DNA of 64,000 nucleotides, taken from IMG/VR virus record IMGVR_UViG_3300032116_000001, positions 314,849 through 378,848 of that record; one strand, written 5' to 3'. Position numbers and translations under genes: made by a program. Of this stretch, positions 57,739-64,000 are shown in pieces. The notes beneath the pieces are model-generated. The model was not told where the DNA came from, searched no databases, and saw only the letters and a program-made list of their open reading frames with translations. Positions within the stretch are counted from its first letter, which is position 1; every line of letters starts with the position of its first letter.

Positions 57739-60486
57739 TTACTTTTTCCATTTTTTAAAATTAAAACTCATCCTTGCTTGATAAAATGGTTCAGTTTCAT
57801 CTCTAAAAATAGCATCATATCCTGGTCTTTTTGTCGGAAAATCTAATTCCATGTTTTTAGGCTCTTCTAGAGTTCTTCCGCCTTGTGGCCCTTGCGACCA
57901 ATTAAAATCGGCATTTGAAATGTGCTGTAGCTCTTGATAATTTAATGGCTCTGCGGTTGGCGCATAAACCTGTGGTATCTCTTCGCCATCTTTTGTGGTT
58001 AATGTTGCGGGCGGTTTCCAGTTGTGATCAGCCACAACATAAGACATATTTTTAAGTTCTCTCGTGATAAAATTCATAATGACCGACTGAATAGAACTGT
58101 CTATTTCAAAGTCATACCCACCGTTAAGTGCTTTAAATTTCATTGCCTTAAGTTTCTTTAACTCATCTTGATGGTTTTCTTTACTGTTGTCCCCGTCTTC
58201 TGAATCAATTTGCTCTACAATTCTTAATTGCTCTTCGTAATACTTGATTTTTTTAATGATGTCAAGAAGAACTTCTCTTCGGCGTTGACGAGCTGATTCC
58301 ATAAGGTGAGACATTACTTTCTGCTTAGCTCGCTCCACCCTTTTATTCGCGGCTTCGATGGGATTTTCAGCATAATTATATGGATATTGTCCGTCATTGA
58401 GTTTTTTGTATTCATTAATTGGATGAATACCGCCCATCGCGGCGTAAGATTCATGCATCATAAACTGTTCTGTTATTTCCTCTAAAACAGCCTCTTTAAC
58501 AATTTCAGTGTCGCGCAGTCGCTCAATTTGTTGCGTAAGAACACTTCGCCATTTTGGCATTTCACCATAGACACGCGCCAAAATTTCAGTGTAAGATGTT
58601 AAATATTGCCTTGATCTGTTCTTACTTTGGTACTCAGGGTTTTCTCGAACAAATTCTCCGCCTGTGGCAAGATAATTTAGCGCATGAGCTATCTCGTGCG
58701 AAACAATTGCGTCCATAACTTCATCACTAGATATGTTAAGTATTTTTAGTATGGGCATGTCTTTGTACTGAGAATTAATTCGATCCTGGCGAACAAAAAT
58801 GGCAGGTATGCGCTTGTTTACGTTTTCATCTTTATTAAAAGATGGAATAAAAACACCAAGAAAATTCAAATCATTAAGATTATCGTACTTCAAGGATTTT
58901 GTTTCTTGAAGTTCATTTTCAAAATCAGAATTAGTGACCGTATACACTTGGATAAAGTTAGCCCAACGCCGCACAATATCGGGGTCTAATCTTAGTGACT
59001 CTCCAATTTTCAGAGCCATGTCTAAATATTTCCCGTTCGCGGCCTCTGATAGGGGCTCATGCACAATCGACCCCTTATTGATGTGCCTCTGCATCAATGA
59101 TGCATTGGCTTCTTCTTTTGCTTTTTTCTCTCTCTCATTTAATGCTCGGCTGGCTTCTTCTAAGGCATTTCTTTCTTGTTCCTCTCGATGTTTTTTTGTG
59201 GCATCTTCAATTTTGGAATAAATTTCATCCGAAACCATAATATAGTCTATTGTTCGGGGATAATCTTTGACAAATTCAATTATGCTTTCCAAAGGCGCAT
59301 AACCAATTTTAACTAAAAATTCATGTACGATACCGTCAGGGTTGTCTTTATATTTCTCCCATAAATCATCAAATATTTTTTTTACAATCGGATTGTTTTT
59401 GATTTTTTCGGCTTCTTCATATTTAATGTTTTGGCCAGGATTATGCCATGTCATTTTGCCAATAAGCTGTTTTAAAACTTGTTTGGCTTGATCGTCGTCA
59501 ATATTTGGGAACGCATCATCTAAAACAAAATCAATATTATCTGAAATTTTGGTGTTGTTTACACTTTTAACGGCCTCTTCTATCGCAAATAATTTATCTT
59601 GCTCGTCTCTCGGATCATTAGTCTTTGTTTCTGCAACAATTTTTGCATATCTCAGATGATCTTTTGTCGGAAGCCCACATGTAAAAATAGTTGTGATCAT
59701 ATCAGAACAAACATCTCGATTATTCCATACAGCATTTATTTTTTCAAAAGGGTGCAAAGAATCGATTAATTCTTTAATGAATTCTTCGTCTGGATTTACT
59801 AATTTTTGACAAGCTTCTTGCACGCCAGTGTCATCGCCATTTACGATTAGAAATCTTCGGTAAAATGGGTATTTTTCAGAAATATAATTAACAATATTTT
59901 CTCTTTGAGGGTCATTTTTTAACTCAGGCTTTGCTTTCCAGTCCATTCCTGACATAATAGCAAATTTTACTTTGGGAGACAAAAATAACCCGAGTTTCTC
60001 AAGGTTCAGAATGTTATTATAGCCGCCGCTTAAAAAGTTAGATAGCCAGTAAGAGTCGTCTGTATCATAGCTAATCATTGGGTTTGAGTACGGCTTGTAA
60101 TATTGATCTAACTCCGACAAGAGGCTGGAAAGCGGAACCAATTCAGCGTATAATGAAAACCTTAAATGTGCATATTTGGGGTTGGATTCGTATAATATTA
60201 TGCAATATTTCAAAAAATTTACACAAGCGTATAGTTCATGCGTAATTGTGTTTCTTACACCAAGTGCATCACTCTCTGCTAATTCTGATCGCCATTGCCT
60301 TAGTTTTTTAGATACTTCGTTTTTAAAATAATGAATAATTGAATCATGTGATGGTAAAAACTCTATTCGCCCTACATATTGATATGGAGCAAGAGTTTCT
60401 TTCACCGTTTCCAAAGGCGCGATACGCCCCTGAAGAACATTATCAGCCCCTGCCACTTTTATGTTTTTAGCAGAACAATACCACAC
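57739..60486 (-). CDS. MWY-tagged large protein with a zincin metallopeptidase motif
   Basis: GTG start MWYCSAKNIKVA; VSHEIAHALN...YL...TEILAR. Confidence 0.75.
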   Translation of the reverse strand: MWYCSAKNIKVAGADNVLQGRIAPLETVKETLAPYQYVGRIEFLPSHDSIIHYFKNEVSKKLRQWRSELAESDALGVRNTITHELYACVNFLKYCIILYESNPKYAHLRFSLYAELVPLSSLLSELDQYYKPYSNPMISYDTDDSYWLSNFLSGGYNNILNLEKLGLFLSPKVKFAIMSGMDWKAKPELKNDPQRENIVNYISEKYPFYRRFLIVNGDDTGVQEACQKLVNPDEEFIKELIDSLHPFEKINAVWNNRDVCSDMITTIFTCGLPTKDHLRYAKIVAETKTNDPRDEQDKLFAIEEAVKSVNNTKISDNIDFVLDDAFPNIDDDQAKQVLKQLIGKMTWHNPGQNIKYEEAEKIKNNPIVKKIFDDLWEKYKDNPDGIVHEFLVKIGYAPLESIIEFVKDYPRTIDYIMVSDEIYSKIEDATKKHREEQERNALEEASRALNEREKKAKEEANASLMQRHINKGSIVHEPLSEAANGKYLDMALKIGESLRLDPDIVRRWANFIQVYTVTNSDFENELQETKSLKYDNLNDLNFLGVFIPSFNKDENVNKRIPAIFVRQDRINSQYKDMPILKILNISSDEVMDAIVSHEIAHALNYLATGGEFVRENPEYQSKNRSRQYLTSYTEILARVYGEMPKWRSVLTQQIERLRDTEIVKEAVLEEITEQFMMHESYAAMGGIHPINEYKKLNDGQYPYNYAENPIEAANKRVERAKQKVMSHLMESARQRRREVLLDIIKKIKYYEEQLRIVEQIDSEDGDNSKENHQDELKKLKAMKFKALNGGYDFEIDSSIQSVIMNFITRELKNMSYVVADHNWKPPATLTTKDGEEIPQVYAPTAEPLNYQELQHISNADFNWSQGPQGGRTLEEPKNMELDFPTKRPGYDAIFRDETEPFYQARMSFNFKKWKK

Positions 60487-60537
60487 AAGTATATTTTACT
60501 TCAAAAAATATTAAAAACCTTGTAAACTAAGTTATTT

Positions 60538-60903
60538 TTATGCCCCCGAGGGCAGGGAAATTGAAGCTGGATTTGCACCCTGATCGTCTGTATATAAATC
60601 ATGCAGAGAAATATAGTACATTCCCAAATTATAATCTGCATAGCCAACGTACTTTCTTTGAAAATACAATTTCACATTAGAGGCATCTACGGTTCTGTAT
60701 TCATCGTAAAAAACTTCGTTTTTCCACTTGTCCTCTAATCGCCATTCCTGATCCTTGGGGATAGATATATGATCGTGACAAATGTGCTCGGGTTCAAACT
60801 CCAAATATGAGCCCCGATCACCATGCACAATTCTTACATAATTGTGTGCAACAAGCAGCCCCGATTTTGTGTAAAAATTAACTCCCATGAGGCTTATTAA
60901 CAA
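60538..60903 (-). CDS. hypothetical phage protein
   Basis: Y.RIVHGDRG.YLEF...KLYFQ...V.YADY. Confidence 0.7.
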   Translation of the reverse strand: MLISLMGVNFYTKSGLLVAHNYVRIVHGDRGSYLEFEPEHICHDHISIPKDQEWRLEDKWKNEVFYDEYRTVDASNVKLYFQRKYVGYADYNLGMYYISLHDLYTDDQGANPASISLPSGA

Positions 60904-61636
60904 ACCTTTTCATTGAATTCAGGACTTCTACAACTTTATCTAAATCAAGAACATCATTCGTTCTTACTCCAGTTTCCATGTCAATCCAAAAGTCATTAAA
61001 ATCTGCGTCTAATTGATAAACTTCCTCAACTTTTTCAACAACGTTTTCTGGTGTTATTCCCCCTGCAAACCCAGGATACAGCCAGCCCGCAGGTGGTGAT
61101 GAAAATGTCCCAGATATACCCCTGCCGCCTGAGGCGTCATGGAGCGCAGTAATCCAGGGCTTTTCGTTAATCTGTTCATTATCACATGAACGACAGCATT
61201 CTTGCAATCCAGTCTGCAAAGCCGCGTGATTAAATGATTTTGTTTGAATGATAGTTTGAATACCCCATTTTGAAGATTCCCGTGTGATTTTAGTAAATGA
61301 CTCAGGTTCAAAATTCGACAGATAAGGAGAAACATTTAATTGTATTCTTTGGAAATTCTGAAATAATTCATGAACTGCGGCGAAAGTGTGCTCGGGTGAA
61401 TTTTTAAACATTCTTTGCGCAAGATTACCGCAAAGATGAACAGATTTGTTGATTTCATATATTGAAAACTCTGACAACCATTTTAGACTTGGATATCGGG
61501 AATCAAGCCCAGTTTTTGTTCTTGACACCAAAACACCCCACTCAACAAATGGAAATTGCTGAGAAATCTTATATAAATCTCGCGAATTTGTGCGGTCGTC
61601 CGCCCCAGTAATAGTGACTAATTTAAGCGTTTTCAT
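60878..61636 (-). CDS. TrpF-like TIM-barrel protein
   Basis: VTITGAD, VEWG, HLCG, LHDASGGRG, FAGG, WIDMETGVRT; start at ATG 61636. Confidence 0.8.
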   Translation of the reverse strand: MKTLKLVTITGADDRTNSRDLYKISQQFPFVEWGVLVSRTKTGLDSRYPSLKWLSEFSIYEINKSVHLCGNLAQRMFKNSPEHTFAAVHELFQNFQRIQLNVSPYLSNFEPESFTKITRESSKWGIQTIIQTKSFNHAALQTGLQECCRSCDNEQINEKPWITALHDASGGRGISGTFSSPPAGWLYPGFAGGITPENVVEKVEEVYQLDADFNDFWIDMETGVRTNDVLDLDKVVEVLNSMKRFVNKPHGS

Positions 61637-62297
61637 TAGAATTCCTTTGTTTGATTTCTTCAACTTGGTCAATAAGCTCTTTTCGCATTTCGCATCTTTG
61701 CTTAGGCCCGCCATAAAATGACAATTCCCATATGATACCATGGAGCACTTGACCAAGTGCATACGTTGCGTCCTTGAATTCGTTCACTTCAGGCGGAATG
61801 CCTGTGGTGCAAGGCTCAATTAATGTTAAGTGCGACCTAAGCCTAATCGGCACGTCAACAAACTCATAAACAGGAGTCAAGCCAAGCGAAATGCCCCCTT
61901 TTGTACTATCATCCCAATCTCCCCATCCGTGAAAATCGGGGAAAATATATCCGCTTAAACTAATCCCGTCTGCATCTTGGTCTTTTTCAAGCTGCCAATA
62001 AAGCTCAAGATATTCGATGTCTTCATTACACTTGGATTTTTCACGCTCGCTCAAACCTTCTGCGACAATTTCTGCACACCAATTCCTTAAAAGATCATTG
62101 TAAAAATTAATGTTTCTATTTATAATCAAAAACAAATCACGAAGCGTAACATCATCATCAAATGTGACAGGCTCAAATAAATATCTGTGTGCCTGATCCG
62201 TTACATCAGTTACAACGTAACCAGGGCTCTTTTTCTTCATATCCCATCGGATGTAATCGACTTTTCCGCCTTTTTTAACTCGCAAGCCTTCTTTCAT
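61623..62297 (-). CDS. hypothetical protein
   Basis: 224 aa after the promoter motif at 62308-62331. Confidence 0.7.
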   Translation of the reverse strand: MKEGLRVKKGGKVDYIRWDMKKKSPGYVVTDVTDQAHRYLFEPVTFDDDVTLRDLFLIINRNINFYNDLLRNWCAEIVAEGLSEREKSKCNEDIEYLELYWQLEKDQDADGISLSGYIFPDFHGWGDWDDSTKGGISLGLTPVYEFVDVPIRLRSHLTLIEPCTTGIPPEVNEFKDATYALGQVLHGIIWELSFYGGPKQRCEMRKELIDQVEEIKQRNSNENA

Positions 62298-62329
62298 TTA
62301 ATTCTTCTACGAAAAGAATGACAGAAAAG

Positions 62330-62698
62330 TTAGCCTGAAACAATTTGATGAATTTTTTCAACAAAATCCAAATTTGGATCAGGATACAAGCTGGACATTT
62401 GATAACACATCCATATTCTCCTTGTCCCCGATTTTAAAATGACATCAAATAAATGAGTGTATTTTAAGAGCCTGACATGATCGGGGAAGTCAGATTCAAA
62501 TTCATTTAACAATCGCTCGCGATTCTGCGAAGCATTATAAAGTTGTGACGGAATATCTCTTCGCTGGTATGCATCACCGTAATTTTCCCCGCGAGCTACG
62601 TCAGAATCCAACGTTTCCACGGTTCGGTCAAGATCATTAAATGTCTTTGCCAAATCGGGGCTGATTGCAACGCGGCGAATAAACTTGCTCATAGCCAA
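62330..62698 (-). CDS. hypothetical protein
   Basis: 122 aa ORF. Confidence 0.55.
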   Translation of the reverse strand: MAMSKFIRRVAISPDLAKTFNDLDRTVETLDSDVARGENYGDAYQRRDIPSQLYNASQNRERLLNEFESDFPDHVRLLKYTHLFDVILKSGTRRIWMCYQMSSLYPDPNLDFVEKIHQIVSG

Positions 62699-62731
62699 TA
62701 AATTCCATGATCGAAAATCATAGCCCTTTAA

Positions 62732-62770
62732 AATTCAAATGGCCGAGATTAATTCTCGGCCATTTGAATT
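62732..62770. terminator. 17 bp perfect hairpin after the RNA ligase gene
   Basis: AATTCAAATGGCCGAGA-TTAAT-TCTCGGCCATTTGAATT. Confidence 0.7.
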
Positions 62771-63998
62771 AAGCAATCTCTTCAGCGTCTACGTAGCTAT
62801 CAGAATCCTTTAGATAGCCTTCTAGCAAACCAAAAGTGATTGACTTGGACTTTAACCAATCAGTGCCATGCTCGCTTTCGTAACGAATCACTACACCTTC
62901 CTGGATGTGCGAAGTATCCAATCGAGAAGGCAACGCATCCATGCCGCTTTCTCCGTCTGTAAGGACAGAAACGCGCTCAGCCAGCTTTTCATAATCGCCA
63001 TCGAAGATAAACGACTCAATCAAAGGCACAGGAGTAAGTCCAAGCTCGCGGCAACGATTCACCATCTGCGGCCACGAAAGGTCCACTGCGTGACCATCTT
63101 CGTTCACCCGAGTGATACGGTAAATGTAAGTCTTGCACTGTCCATCTTCCGCACCATAGCGATACGTAATCGTGTCTCCAAAGCGACTCTTCACAGCCTT
63201 GTCGTTCAATCCAGAAGTGGACTGAGGAGACATGATCGGAGCCCCAGTTTCCGTATAGCCAACAAGCTCACCGTAAATTACCTCACCCTTGTGAAGAGCA
63301 ATTCCACTAGTGGCATGACGACGGAAATCTTCCTTGCCGTAATAACCCTCTGCTCCAGGAGCCCGCTTCTCAAGAACAACGTTTCGGCTTCCATTGAGAT
63401 ACACCCATTCTCGTCGAGTCGTAGGAAGATTGAGCCACTTGGCAACAAACTTCATCAATCCTCGATATTCGATTTCACTTTCTTCGAGAACATGAGAATA
63501 TCTAAAAGAAGTCCCATGAAGCTTTTCAGAAATGTAAATCACCGCGCCCTCAGGAATCATATTCATGCCTCTCTTAAACGGAGTGGTATCAATATGCTTA
63601 GCAAACATAATGTTTTCCTTCTGGCTCTTCTTGCTGTTCGCGGCCTGGGCACGAAGCGTTTCAGGCGTGAAATACTTGTTGCAGATAGGATGTCCATTAA
63701 GATCGCTAAATTCAAACCCTTCGGTGAGGTTTTCCAAATTAGCACCCGTGTAAGCAAGGCTGTCTAGCGGGCACCAATAGCCCTCAGACTTCGCTCCACG
63801 CATCTTCACGGCCTTCACACGACGATGCGGCTCGAAATAACCGCCCGCGGGCTTACCATCAGCGTCCTTTCGGCGAACCAAGTCGTTCGCCGAAGCGAAA
63901 CCTTCAGAAAGCTGTCCCCCAGCCTCAAAAAACACGCCAAGCTGACCGTCTTCAATGTTCTTTCCAACAATCACCTGATAACCCTGGCAAGTCCCCAA
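62769..63998 (-). CDS. ATP-dependent RNA ligase (Rnl2/DRB0094-like), 5' end truncated by the window
   Basis: EKLHGTS (motif I), YGELVG, EGVVIR, LKSKS. Confidence 0.88.
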   Translation of the reverse strand: MGTCQGYQVIVGKNIEDGQLGVFFEAGGQLSEGFASANDLVRRKDADGKPAGGYFEPHRRVKAVKMRGAKSEGYWCPLDSLAYTGANLENLTEGFEFSDLNGHPICNKYFTPETLRAQAANSKKSQKENIMFAKHIDTTPFKRGMNMIPEGAVIYISEKLHGTSFRYSHVLEESEIEYRGLMKFVAKWLNLPTTRREWVYLNGSRNVVLEKRAPGAEGYYGKEDFRRHATSGIALHKGEVIYGELVGYTETGAPIMSPQSTSGLNDKAVKSRFGDTITYRYGAEDGQCKTYIYRITRVNEDGHAVDLSWPQMVNRCRELGLTPVPLIESFIFDGDYEKLAERVSVLTDGESGMDALPSRLDTSHIQEGVVIRYESEHGTDWLKSKSITFGLLEGYLKDSDSYVDAEEIA

Positions 63999-64000
63999 CA

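Noticed and set aside
62868-63767. 299 aa plus-strand ORF
   Set aside because: Antisense shadow of the RNA ligase gene; no recognisable motifs.
1-64000. Alternative genetic code / stop recoding
   Set aside because: Known proteins are full length in code 11, TAG and TGA end real genes, and no suppressor tRNA was found.
1-64000. Host assignment
   Set aside because: The amidase and the OMP-like protein only hint at a diderm host; no diagnostic marker can be verified without a search.

Overview
This looks like a 64 kb stretch of a large (jumbo-type) tailed-phage genome. It is AT-rich and gene-dense, reads cleanly in genetic code 11, and contains no recognisable capsid, terminase or polymerase gene. 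The host cannot be named from this window. Main contents: (i) a tRNA array (Glu, Ala, 2 Pro, 2 Val, Tyr, plus His and a CAT tRNA further on) interrupted by two HNH endonuclease genes and a TnpB element, and mixed with at least six non-canonical tRNA-like RNAs; (ii) a ~1.25 kb region with no credible protein gene (19.2-20.46 kb) holding a probable GOLLD-type RNA and a second ~545 nt closed structured RNA, with a tnpB element inserted at its edge; (iii) RNA repair/modification and metabolic genes (RlmN-like radical SAM, RNA ligase, DEDD exoribonuclease, Map, thioredoxin, COG0523 GTPase, TerD-domain protein, amidase); (iv) about 15 otherwise diverse proteins sharing one of two short tags (N-terminal MWY[KR]xA, or a helical L..IA..L(D/E)..G...EA..L...R.A motif) attached to conflict-type domains, my best candidate for an undescribed virion cargo-addressing system; (v) a 1409 aa protein with 8 mosaic 66 aa repeats, an SF2 helicase and an RRP8-like methyltransferase, inside a locally duplicated region. 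All family assignments come from motif recognition by eye; no database search was run.
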